Assembly: GCA_973895155.1 (NCBI GenBank)
Contig: OZ316891.1
Coordinates: forward strand, 1,045,324-1,109,323
Source: Marsupella aquatica
Taxonomy: Eukaryota; Plantae; Marchantiophyta
Length of the DNA: 64,000 nucleotides
Direction of reading: 5' to 3'
Below are positions 13,145 to 25,500 of the stretch, one piece after another. The notes below the pieces were generated by a model. The model was not told the DNA's origin. It made no database searches and worked only from the letters and a program-made list of their open reading frames with translations. A program made the translations under genes and the position numbers. How positions within the stretch are numbered: position 1 is the first letter of the stretch; the number at the start of each line of letters is the position of its first letter.

Positions 13145-13349
13145 ACCACACCTGCCACTATAAAAGTCTCATTCCATGGTTCACTACTCACCATAAAAGG
13201 AGGAACACTAGCACCTTTCTTGGAGTACTTGCCAAAAACAGCTTTTGTAGTCAGCACCTTTTGTGGAGCTCAAAGCCTATTTCTGAACTTGTACTCTTCA
13301 GAATGAGAGCTACGGGTTACCCGTAGCCCTTTATAGGGGCAGGTGTGGT
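13145..13349. mobile_element. 205-bp non-autonomous TTAA-specific element (Kolobok/piggyBac-type MITE)
   Basis: TIR ACCACACCTGCC(A/C)CTATAAA, 19/20 match; TTAA at 13141-13144 and 13350-13353. Confidence 0.9.
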
Positions 13350-13465
13350 TTAAACCGCCAGTGTCCATATAAATAGCACATGCGCCAAGACCCGGGCAGT
13401 TCATTTTCTCCCCAGATGCCCAGCGAAGGCTCAGCAAAAGGGCTCCGCAATACGTGTTGTGTAGG

Positions 13466-13631
13466 AAGTATGCCTAAACGTTTTCGCTCCTATGCATTCG
13501 TCAGGAGGGTTTGTGACACGTCCATGAGCATGAAAGCCTCTCTGCCTAGCAAGTATGCCTAAACATTTTCGCTCCTATGCATTCGTCAGGAGGGTTTGTG
13601 ACACGTCCATGAGCATGAAAGCCTCTCTGCC
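13466..13631. repeat. 85-bp direct tandem duplication, left subterminal region of the transposon
   Basis: AAGTATGCCTAAAC...GCCTCTCTGCC at 13466 and 13551, nearly identical. Confidence 0.9.
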
Positions 13632-15865
13632 GCTATGTTGCCATAGCCATGGGCCGGGGTTACAGCTGAGCTGGGCTCGGAAATCTTCTCCCTTTGCCGC
13701 GTTCCATACGGTCTTCTCCTTCTTGACTCGCCGAATCCCGCTGCCAAGTCCTAATCCCCAATACCGGCCAAGAAGTTTCGCTCACCTTGGAAATCAATGC
13801 TTCGTGTCTTTACGATGTGTAGTTGGTTTGAAGGGGAGAGGCCGAATTTGGCTAAGTGCTCTGCACGTTTTTCTATTGGCATGCGCTACAAGGTTGGTGG
13901 GAGACGGAGCATTCGAACAAGACTCCCATAAATAAACAACTCATAAATGAAGAATTGAAGCTTGCTCATATCGATCACTTCATCATAGAAAGTGCAAATC
14001 TGTCATCAAACTTCACAACTTCAAAACTTCCCAATTACTGCTGCTAATGTCTAGATCCCTACAGATGGCAGGCAAGAAACATTCATTCGAGCACTGCCTC
14101 TACTGAGATGTCCCTCACTTGCACTTGGAGACTTCCAAATTGAACCTGGGACTGGAACCATAATTCTCACATTGGACCGCAATGTGGGCTGCGGCATCAC
14201 TTAGGTCTCAAGAGAAGGTTAGTGCGATAGTTCAGTCACCGACAGCCAAGGAAAACGCAGCTCGTTGTAAAGTTGGGGCCACCCTTCAGCACAAAACTCA
14301 TCCAGCTCAACAACCACTCCACCTCACCAACTCGGTAATTTGGTGTTGTTGACATGCAGGCATAGTGAGATACGAGGTGGGTTTCTGAAATTCGGAGCTC
14401 TGATGGTACCCTGTCGACTGTGCTCTCATGAACAGCTCCCAAGTCTCATTCAATTCATGATTCCGGACAGGAAGGAAGAGCTATTATTCGTTATCTGGTG
14501 ACAATCTTCTCAGACAGTGAGAGATTATATTGATTCCAAGTCTATTATAAGGTGCAATGGCACAACCGAGCTGTCACGCTGAAGCCATTACGGGAAGATT
14601 GTGCTTGATTTCCGTCTCTGCTAATTTGCATGCACCAGTGAGCTCTTTACGTTTGCTGAATACAAGATATCACATTAATAAGGCAAGATCGGGCTTCAAC
14701 CTTTCATTGATACCGGACACAGAACCATCAGCCATAGTGGACACAAGCCATCGAGACAACAGGATCGGCTTCACAGAACTCTGCGAACCTTCTTTGTCTA
14801 TCCCCTCAATGAAGCACAAGCTCTTCGAACAAGGAAAATTTTGGCAATGCTTCTCCTTCAGTTGGACACTTGAAAACGCAGAGGACCCAAAGAGTGAAAG
14901 CGATGCATTTATCGGTGATAAAGAGGACTTCACTACGGCTGAAGCTCGGGGGCGATTGAGTTGCGGTCATTGGTTTGCACAAAATGTACACAAGCATTGT
15001 TTGCAACAGTTTTTAGACGGACCCCGCCTCTAGCAGCCTTCAAGCACCTGCACATCCCAATGCACTTTGGCAAATTCATCGTCTACAACCTGGGGAAATG
15101 ATCGATAAACCTCATTCAAACTGGGCTGAACGGAAACGCTCCATGCAAGTATGTCGATTCAAACAAAGTCCATGAAAAGTTTTAATGTAGCTTCGGGATG
15201 ATGTGAGTGTACATTATGCAAAATTCACAACATCCAATTGAGGTCCGTAGTTGTGTCCTGTCTTGCGTGATGGAGGTCCAAGAAAGTATTCATTACTTGA
15301 TCTAGAAGTGAAAGACCAACGTATTGAGTCTTCTCACATTGAGGCTACAAAAGTATGCACTTTCAGGGAGGTTACAAACAAATCCGCCCTCGGCTTCAAA
15401 ATGACGGGAGTTGAAAGGGAACTAGCCTCCTTTGTCTCGTCCTAGGAGCTCACATTATGACCATGTGTTTTGTAGAACCTGCCAAAGATCTGGCCACTGA
15501 CGCGCAGCTTTGCCGAGTGAAACAACAAAGATTTTTTTCAGACCTTGCCATTTACAGTACTAGGGTACCATACTGTATCTGGATTTGCTTTGACGGAAGG
15601 TATGAAACAAACTATCCGCTTAGAGCATATTTGGGAATGGTGTGGGGCTCCTTTTTTCTTACTTGCTGCAATTATTATCCTCAGTGTATTCTTATGGAGT
15701 ACATCTTGCTTCAGACATTGTATTCATGGACCTGGTGTGAACTCGTGCATTTTCATTCATAACTGCATTCTTGCAAGCATGCCTTTTGACTTACTAGACA
15801 AATACAAGGACATCTAATTCACAAACTCTTGTTTGTTGTATTGTTAGGTTGCTAGAGTAGGACAA

Positions 15866-18800
15866 ATGGTCCGTCCACCGGCTGCAATTGATTATCACCA
15901 AGTTGGAGGCAGTCTTCGAGTAAGGCTTCCTGGAAGTCATATACGTAGATACCATGCCTTACAGGGTGCCCTCAAAATGTCTCATGGGAGGATTATGGCT
16001 TGGCTCATGGATGGTATGTCCATGCAAATATCAGCTGCTATTAGTGCTCATGACGGACACGATGAAGAAGTAGGGGATGTAATCGCATTTGAGGGTCCTG
16101 ATGACTTTGGATGGATAAATAATCATCACCTTGCTAATGACGAGGACTTGGGAGCATTTGGGGTGATTGCTGAGGTACTTTTAATAACAATTTTCATTCT
16201 ACTTTGAACTTGCTTTGCAGATTTTAATTTAATTGGAGTAGACCTCTTTCACCATCTCTCCTTTTCTATGTGTTTAAAAGCTTGGGTTATCCAAATTTTT
16301 AGAGGTTTTATCTTTGCTGGTACATCATGTTTTAGTATTGTTAACCTATGTTTGTATTTATTTATTGCAGCCATTTTGTGGTGCATCATCATCCCTTCCA
16401 AACGATGACGATTCCAATTTTGATGCGGCATCACCTTCACATGATGATCAAGTTCATGCATACTTCAACACGAGTGTATTTGACCATATTCAGTCTGGGG
16501 AGGAGGATGCAGAGCACATTTTTGACTCCAACATAGAAATGGAAGATGGTTCTATGATATCCAATTCCCAGGTAACTTAGAAGCTGAGCTTTTTAAAAAA
16601 AAATTCTTTGTGCTACATTTGTTCAATACATTAATTTTATGTACCCTAACCCTAAACAGAAGTCAAATGAGGATGGACCCATTCGTTTGCTGGATGTGGC
16701 TGATCCAACAGCATTTGGATTAGACGAAATGGTTTTCATGGATTCTGGATTTGAAGAGAATCCAACTCAGGTATTATATTATTGCACATTCTTTTACTTG
16801 TCATTTGCATCAATTCATAGTCTCTTGTAGTTCTTCATTGTGAATACTACCTTTTTTGTTAACTTACTAATTAAATATTGTATGTTAATTTTTGTAGGCA
16901 TCTAGTTCTTCTGAGCAAATAGAAGTTGACTGCAGTTTGGATTCAGAGTATGAGCCATCGTCTCAAGAAACTACAACCGAGTTAGACCCTGAGAGTCTGG
17001 TGGAGTATGCTTTTTGGCAAAAGAGTAAGGTCCATGAATTTTTCCAGGAGTTTTGTGTGAAATGTCGTATTGAAGGTTGTGACGGTAGGTACTCGGTTGA
17101 GGACATTGTGACACACCATCAGTTGTGGATATTGAAGCTAAAGTGCCCAATAGGGCATGCACAATCTTTCATGACCGGAGAAAATGAACTTTACAGAGGT
17201 ATGTCATCTCCTTAATTTTCTTATATACTTATGTCTTTTTGTACCTAAATGACTTAATATTGTATGTAACAAAAAGTTTCTAATTTTATTTAATTTATGA
17301 ATACAGGTGTTCCTGCAATCACTGGATTGATTTACCACTTTGCTCTTTCTGCTGGTCTAACACACAACATGATAAGTGAACTCTTCTCTCACATTCAAAT
17401 CCATGTTCCAAGAAATACACATTGGTTCCGATTTCAAAATGGAGCCCGAAGAGACATTGGATGGATTGGAGCAGTATTGCAAGTTTGGAATAGTAAGAAA
17501 CAAAGGTTGCAACGAGGCCTAGCAGAAAGAGACGGTATATATGAGTCTTACTTAAATTAGTGCACAAGCATGTATTATTTACATTGAGTAATGAATTTCT
17601 CATTTTACTGGATATCAAGTTGTTAGAGCATGCTTGTAAATGATGGTTACTAAACATTATTTTGTGGTTTATGATGATTGTAGATTCCACTCCATTGATT
17701 CTATATGTGGATTGTCGTTGGGACTCATCACGTTCTGGATATCATGGCACTGTTCCCGTGATAGACATGGCTACTGGTAAGATAGTAGAGCTTGTAACAA
17801 TTGACCGGGTTGAGGCTGGGAGTTCAGGCGCTATTGAGGCAATTGGTGTTCGTCGTGCCTTGGAACATCTTCAGAATGTTGGGATTGCAATTAATGAGGT
17901 TGTTCACGATGATAACAACGTTGTTAATAATATTCTTTGTGAATTCAATATTGATAACCAAAAGGATTTGTGGCACAAATGCAAAAATCTATTGAAGCAG
18001 TTTAACAAAGAGTTAGCAAATGTGAAAGAAACAGCGCCTGCTAGTGGGATTGATGGTGCAACATCCTTGGAGGAATTGGGTAGATTCACTGTCCGAGTGT
18101 TGTCAGATTGGTGTAAGAACCAAAATTTGAGACATACGGGTAATAAGACAGAGTTGGTACATCGCATTGGAAGACATAGAGGATTGCCGGAGGAGGACAT
18201 CACATTGCGCACCAGGAGGCAGTTGAAGTATCCAGAATTGACAGAGAAGCAACTTGGTGATAAATTGAAGAGTTGGTTTTACTATTGTTGTTGCAATGCA
18301 AAAGAAAGGTAGGATGATAACTATGGTATTTATTTGCATTTACATGGCTTCAATGAATGTTACTATTGGATTTAATTGAGCTGACTTAATGCTTGAGTTG
18401 AATTTTAATGACTATTTACAGGGGAAATGATGATGCTGCCATGTTAGCTAGGGAGATAATCACTGCAGCTGATCACTGGGCTGGTAACCATGAACCTTGC
18501 AAAAGTTTTCTACCTGAGCGCAAGTGTTGTGAGGAAGGTGCAATTTATAGTCCATACTATGTTGCGGGTAAGTTAAATCCTACTATCAACTATACCTGGT
18601 TGTAAGTAGTTAGGACATAAATAAATGTTTGGGTTGTTATGTAATCTTTTAATATTTCTAATACTTTTTTAAAATGGATACTTTTGGATTTTACAGGGGG
18701 CCCTACACATAGAGCTCTAAAGCAATGGTTGTTTAAGAATGTCACTACTGGCAATGCTCGCTTTTACACTAGAGCCCGAGCAAACTTCCTTAGTGAAACA

Positions 18801-19058
18801 TTTCATGGCAACATCAACAAATATGCTATGAAGAGGATCCATTTTGCCATGACCCACGAAGCCCGCATGGCATGTGCTGCAATGTGCTGGAATGAGAACA
18901 TCGGTCGGGAGGTGTTACGAGTTAGAACACGACAACCTAGTAATACTTGCACTCGTCAACGTACATCCAGAGTTCGTGACCTTGTTCCTAGAAGCATAAG
19001 ATGGAAGAAAGATGTGGCTCGTATCATATTTGAAAGAGGTGTAGACTATGATTCATGA
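15866..19058 (+). CDS. Kolobok-like DDE transposase, 760 aa, 8 exons (15866-16174, 16371-16571, 16660-16770, 16898-17198, 17307-17534, 17684-18308, 18422-18567, 18697-19058)
   Basis: All introns GT-AG with consistent phases (2283 nt, open frame). Candidate catalytic residues in YVDCRWDS, VVHDDN and LSETFHG; also QKDLWHKCK, NKYAMKR..EARMACAAMCWNEN, a Cys/His cluster (CVKC..C..CPIGH) and a SAP-like motif (FTVRVLSDWCKNQNLRHTGNKTELVHRI). Confidence 0.88.
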
Positions 19059-20191
19059 ACACTTCATAAATTTATCTTATTTCTTGCATTATCTTTTCTT
19101 GCTTTAAGTGTACCATATTTCCATGTCATCAACTTGCATTATTTATTTTTTGCTCAATAAGTCCTTTTTTGTACGTTTTACTCAAAAACTCCCCAAACTG
19201 AATCCCATTGAATGTGTACAAAATGGATTTATTATTGATGACCACTATGTTAGAAGTGAAGAGCTTGTCAATAGCTTTCTATTGGGCCTAACATTAGGTG
19301 TAATAGAGTGCACGTTTCTTAGATATCCAATTTTGAAACAAGTGGTCCAAGAGCCTGCCCTTGCAAAAATGAATTTTTTTGAAAGTTCTCAAGTGGAACC
19401 CAAACTCACTAAGTAGGGTAAGTAGCACCCCCTGATTCCGAATATGAACTCAGTTTTATGAGATCATGTCCCCTTACCTTAATATCCGTGTCTACTAGTA
19501 AGATAGTAGAGCCATGGCCCAAGTATCCTTCACTTGCTCTGCCTATGAAGAGTAGCATGCATGGCATGGCATTACAGAAGAACCTTACTAGTAGATATAT
19601 AAATTTAAATATTTTTCTAGAATTTGACAATACTCCAAAGGGGAATTGAACCCCTCATGCTGCCATCCAGTAGGAGTTCCAACCCAGAGAAGGGGGAAGG
19701 AGGCACAAGCCAAAGAAACACATGGAAAGAGAGTAGCACAAAGAACCCATACAATGACAATACTAGTAATAAACAAATAAATAAACATAAAACACAAGTG
19801 AAACTCAAAAAGTAAATGTGGAAAAGAGGATGGTATTTGCCTTGCAACTCCCAAGTTAGGGCTCTACATTGCAGTTGGGAGAAGGAGGCACATGATGCCA
19901 AACAAAAACAATAAAATAGTATAGTAGAACAAAGAAAGCATGGAACAAGAAGTAACTATGGATGAAAAGATAACCACACAACCTTTGAAAACTACAGTCA
20001 TACACCAACATGGTGTTTGCTTAGCAGCTCCTAGGTGGCCTGCACTTGCAGTTGGGAAACGAAGGGAGGCACATGGCACATGCAAACCAAAGACCCAAAA
20101 AATGGTAGAACAAATAACCCAAGCATGGAAAAATAACTCAAGTGAGAAGAACAATGGTGAAAAGAAAAACAAAAAAAAACAACCTCCAAAC

Positions 20192-20948
20192 CTAAAACCG
20201 GAAACCCACATGTTGTTCACCTGGTAGCTCCCAAGTGGACTGCACTGTAGTTGTGACCGCTGCCAGGAAGGGTGTTCTATCCGCAAAACTAGCAACATGT
20301 GCTAGTTTGTGGTACACAATGTACCTTTGTCTGCGAGGGACAGTTTCAGTGTATGCCCATGCAGCACACATATGAAAAGCCTGAGCTGTCGCGGGAGAAA
20401 GAGCCTGGGCAAAGTTGAGGGCATCAAGATTTTCGTCTATTGCTGTGCAAAAATCTGGGAACCTAGCAACAATGTCTACATGCCTCAAAAGTCGGAATTT
20501 CCGACGTCCTGGTGGAGGGACAGGCCATGACAAGCGGTATATGCCATTTCCATAGGAGATCAATTCAGCTGGTCTGTTTTGATGCTCGACGCTCCTACAA
20601 CATGGCCAATTGAAATTCAAGATTCATGCACTTATAAACCTTAGAAAAGTTGCTCATGATGCTAGTTATTGTCAATGAATACATCTTATTTTATAAATGG
20701 TATATTTAAACAAGACAAAACAACTATTGTGCAAGAAAGTGCATGATGGAAAGTAAATTCTACACAAACTTATAAATTTTGTGCATGTAAGACCCAATTA
20801 CATGATTGAGAAAGAAAAGGGGCAATTTCTATGCATACAAACTTACAAGCCAAAAGCAAAGCAGACATGAGCAAAAATAGTTTGAAGGGGAAGTAGCAAG
20901 TTTAGGGTTTTTTGTTTGCAAATATATAATTTACCTGGGATTATTCAT
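20192..20948 (-). CDS. KolX-like / P2X7 intracellular-domain-like accessory protein, 138 aa, 2 coding exons (20935-20948, 20192-20594)
   Basis: ATG AAT AAT CCC AG|gtaa...tgtag|G AGC joins in frame. C-terminus RQRYIVYHKL..DRTPFLAAVTTTVQSTWELPGEQHVGFRF resembles the recalled KolX/P2X7-tail pattern R-Y-AYR...R..LP.C.V..IR..FP...Y.GF; tail-to-tail with the transposase. Confidence 0.7.
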
Positions 20949-22349
20949 GCTGAGTGACTGGAAGGTCGATGAACAATGACAACAACTGCACAGCAGAAGG
21001 ATGCATAGCATAAAAATGCAATGAATAAGAGAGTGGGTTGCATAAGTGATTTGAGCATGCCCTTTCTTTGATAGTCCTCCTAAAAAAAGAGTAAACTCAA
21101 GGGGACATAATGATTATGAGAATTTTATTTGGTTTTGGATGCAGTAATCGAATGCACCGTCTTGGCAGGGCAGGGCAGTGAAGGGCAGGGAAGGGAACTA
21201 GGGAAGGGAAGGGAAACAATGAGAAGAGGTCGGGAGGACAAACCAAAAAACTCCTCGAGTTTGTAGTAGAGAAGGAGATCTGCTCTATTTCTGAGAAGGG
21301 TGATTGAAGCAGTGGAAGAGTTCGTGTGGCCAGCTAATTAATGTTCAAGGTTCCTGCTTTTCGTCATCTACTTGCAATGTAGTCTCTAGTCTGCTGTTGT
21401 TGATGGGCGAGTCTCTAGGTACATTGCAGGCATTTCTTGGGTTCCGAGGCTTCTTCTTTTGGAGCTGCAAAATTTAGATCTTTCCCAGTGAAAGCTGAAA
21501 ACGTATGGAGTGTTCCGGGAAAGTGCAGGACTCGTTCGATGGGAACTAAGGCAAGGGAAAGGGAGATCCAAAGATGGCTGAAGTTTCAAAGATAAGCTAG
21601 CGTAGCGGGAGGGGGAGGCCGTTTCTACTGCATCACGGCGCAACGGGAGTAGGAGGGGAAAGCAAATCCACCTACTAGCAATCAAGGCCGGGGCTCAATG
21701 AATGGTGAAACCGGATCAGCAGTGGCACCACTACAGAGAAAGCCCAATTAGCAAATTGAGCGGATTTGTTCTTGACATGTGGGACAAGTTGTTCTGAACG
21801 AGAAATAGAAACTATGGCATTCCAATTTGACTCACTCTCAGAACTGCAGGATAGGACTAAAGCCCGAGCTCGTTCAGTATGATAATCCACCGTGCCAAGC
21901 AAATTCGTTGAGTAAGAAATGTGAAAGAAACTGAAGGCCAAGCTCAATCAGTATGACAATCCACCTTGCCAACCAAACTCGTAGAGTAAGAAATGTGAAG
22001 GAAACTCCTACTTCTCTGCTGACAACTTGCGCTGAACATGTGAAATCTCTGTGAGTCAGTGGCTCTGTTGATGTATATATAGAGCAGAATTAGGTGCGTA
22101 GTAGAAGGAGAATTGCACGAGTTTGCTACTGAACAAGTATCTGCAGTAACATTGGTTCATAAGTAGTTGCTTATGATTCATTACGATCCATCCTGCACTT
22201 GCGCAGCATGGGCGGAGGAAAGGGACATAAAATTTGCCTAATTTTCTTTAGCAGCATGGGTTCGAATCAGGATAAATGGTCGACTTGATGTGGGCTGAAC
22301 ACTTGCACGACTCTAGGTTGCTAAGCACTAGAGAGCAAGTCTGCTCCTG

Positions 22350-22512
22350 ACACTCGCATAGCATGGGCGGAGTGTTGCTGCAAAAGGATCTCTCGTGCCC
22401 TCCGCAAACACTCACGCAGCATGGGCGGAGTGTTGCTGCAGAAGGATCTCTCGCGCCCTCTGCAAACACTCGCACAGCATGATCGACTGAACTGTCTCGC
22501 GCCCTCCGCAAA
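22350..22512. repeat. 58-bp tandem repeat (~2.8 units), right subterminal region of the transposon
   Basis: ACACTC..GCATGGGCGGAGTGTTGCTGCA.AAGGATCTCTCG.GCCCTC.GCAA units begin at 22350, 22408 and 22466 (third degenerate). Confidence 0.85.
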
Positions 22513-25500
22513 TGTCGTAAGGACACCAAAAGCCATTTCCCTCACACCTGACCCGGCCAAAAAGCGCCGGCCCCACTGACTGGCCAAAAACTATCGAGGA
22601 TGCACGGAGCTGGACATGCCCTATATTAAGAAACCTGGTGGATCCAGGTTTTGGCGGTGGACAGTGGCGGTTTAAGCATAAGCAACCATCAATGGGTCGG
22701 ATTTAACCAGTCATAGTAGAAAGCTATGTGCAGCCTAAGGAATCACCTTGCCACAGGTCAGTTCGAAAACTGTACATAAAATGGAAGATTGTTCTTCAAG
22801 CCAAATCTGAATTTAGTGTACACGTTACAATCTTCATCTCTCTCTCAAGGTGCACCCATTGAGTGTCCGAAAACTATCAGGCAAGAAAGCAAACGAGGTT
22901 AAGCTCGAGGCCTCCTATTGCTGTATGGTTGAAATCACCTCAAAACGATAAAGCGTTTGTTTAAGGGCAGCAATATGCCCTAATTTTATCAGTGAAATTC
23001 CTCTCCTCCAATTGACCAAAATCTTCCTATTACCTTTGTGGATAGCTCCGCTTGCAAGGAGAATCCTTCATTCCATGTAACCTCGTGCCGAGTGCATGGA
23101 ACCGCGGCGGTGGTGAGGTTCAGGTCAGCGCATTTTCTCAATGGCGATACCTTGAGAAAGTAACGACTTCTACGCCCGAACTTAGAAGTGGGATTCACAT
23201 TTGCGGCACCTAATACCACCAAGTTAACCTGCAAATATAGAAACTCTCATACTTCAATCCTCTCCCCAGATATAGGTGGGTTTCAACGCCCATCTCTCGA
23301 ATGAATGTCGGGCAAATGACTGTCTTACGTTCATGAAAAGACTTCTCATGTCGTGTTAGACAGGAAGACGAGTCTCTCTACGTCACAATATAACAATTTC
23401 CCAGGACTGCGAAACACGGTCTTAAGTTCATACCTGCACTGTCTGCCTCTGGGAACGTACTTGTCCCAGCTGCAGCTGATTCACTGGATAACGCAATTCG
23501 GGATCAGCATTCGGAGTCGGAGGGGCTGCTCTAGTTGGCTCTGATCCTCTGTACAAAGAGCCTGCATGCTCATACACCGTGCCAAAGGTAGCCTGCCAAG
23601 GTGACAATGAAATTCAGTTGCGTAGTAATTCTTTGCTACAAGACAGTCCATGTCACAGCTTCGTTTCTCATTTTGACAGAATTAGTCCTTAGTACATTTT
23701 ATGCGTCCTCCATTTTATGCTAGGATCAGTACACAACCGTATTTCTTCACCAACTGAAGTCTTGCCGTAAAACTGAGATATTCATGCTTTAATTTGTAGG
23801 TGCTGTCTTGGTGAGTAAAGTCTTCGAAGTACTGTTTTTGGATTCGCTCAATCGAAAAAGATTTCCAATCCAAACTTGAACAAGTTAATCCTTCAATTTT
23901 AATAAACGCAACACCTCCTGCAATTGCTAGTAAGGACATTGTCCTGCTAAGTTCAAACAGAGTAATGCATTGGTGGAACTAGTTATTCACCAGCCATTGC
24001 TGACAAGTATCACCAAAGCTGGTCTGCGGCTTTGCATTGGGTTCCAGATCGCTGTCAGGGTCGTCATGATCCAGAACTGTTCCCATGCAGAAGAATGTAT
24101 TTGCCCTGTAGGCAGTGGGAGAGAGGTGCCGTGAGTGCCACAATAGGTCAATGTCGTATGTGGGGACAACAAATGGCCGTGGACCTCCTTTGGCCTCCTT
24201 TTCCTTAGCCAGTTTTATGAGGTGAAGGAATCCTCGGTACCTCGCCAGAGCCACCTTCAGATATTTGTCGTCAGACATCCATGGCCGGCATACCTGCAGA
24301 ATGATGTGAGTTCCACCAAAATTAGAAGGGTCGAATCCTTAACTATCAAACATTCAAGTCTCCATATCTCGACTGTCCCTTGCAAGTTCTGAGTTTACTT
24401 ACCAGAATTTCCCCTGCCTCACGGAGTTACTACAGATTCATTGGGTTTAGTGTCAACCTATTCCTACTCGCAAACTAGCAATGTGGCTTCTTCTTCGATT
24501 CGGTCGTTACCGCAGTCGTTCCATTCTCTAGCTCTGGGCTTTCATTCCGGACCCAAGTGCAGTTTCTCTGGTCCGCGTTCGATCTTAGTGGACTCTCACT
24601 CATATCCTTCACTTTAACAAATCTAACTTTCCGCGGTACATACATTCATGAACGTTTGAGTTATTTGTAACCTTCAACACGAGGGTTCATATTAAATATC
24701 CTGAGTAACAACTAACCTGGTAATAAAACGAGGTCTGCCTGTCAATTGCCGCAATTAGATCATAACCAATGGTAGCATGAAACTTCTGCTGCTGTTGCCA
24801 AGCCGCATCATCACCGGCTCTGATGAAATCGTAAGGTACATCTGGGTAAGCAGTAGTCCAGACTTGGGTGGCGACAATTGTTATGTTTGAACCTGGAGGA
24901 CCAACATCGACAAGCTTTCCAAAAAGTTGCAGGCAATCCTTTGAATATTGCACCTGCAGAGAAAAATAAATACAATCATGCTATTAGTACGTTCGGTACT
25001 GAAAACGATAGTCGTTCTAAATCAACTGGCCGGCCTTGCAGACCTCCAAATATGTTCAACAAGCTTTCCAAAAAGTTGCAGGCAATCCATTCAATATTGC
25101 ACCTGCACAGAAAACAGATCAATGAACTGGTGACCTTCTCCAAATATGCTCTCCACGAGCAAACTAAGGCTTTCCCATGAGGAAGCCTTGTAATCGTTTA
25201 GAGAAAACCCTGAACGCCATCTTACATGCTCCAGTGTACACAAACAGTCAATGGAGAGCTCTGGTGAGCGAGAAACAAAAGAGATTCAGAATCTTACTGG
25301 ATCGAGCTTATGGTAATGCCACACCCATGCACAATCAAGGGGCGGTTGCAGGGCATCACTGGGCGTGTATTTGCTCGCAAGGGGAAGCCAGCAGTTCAAA
25401 TATCTGCACCCAAAGCAGTCACCAAGGTCACTTTAGCAGCCGCAATTCCAATGAATTAAGTGTCCAGCTTTCTTGCCTGGATAGCGAGGAACCAAATGGG

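Larger units (their letters stand above)
13354..22671 (+). mobile_element. Putatively autonomous Kolobok-like DNA transposon, 9318 bp
   Basis: TIRs ACCGCCAGTGTCCA / TGGACAGTGGCGGT (13/14 match); TTAA on both sides (13350-13353, 22672-22675); the paralogous intron in GRDP copy 2 (~36410-36430, AACAAGTAAGCATAAG) shows the empty site; encodes a DDE transposase and a convergent KolX-like gene. Confidence 0.88.

Noticed and set aside
13354-22671. piggyBac or plant MuDR assignment for the large element
   Set aside because: TTAA fits piggyBac, but the protein lacks recognisable piggyBac DDD motifs and the ends are not CC..GG; the 4-bp TSD and 14-bp TIRs do not fit MuDR
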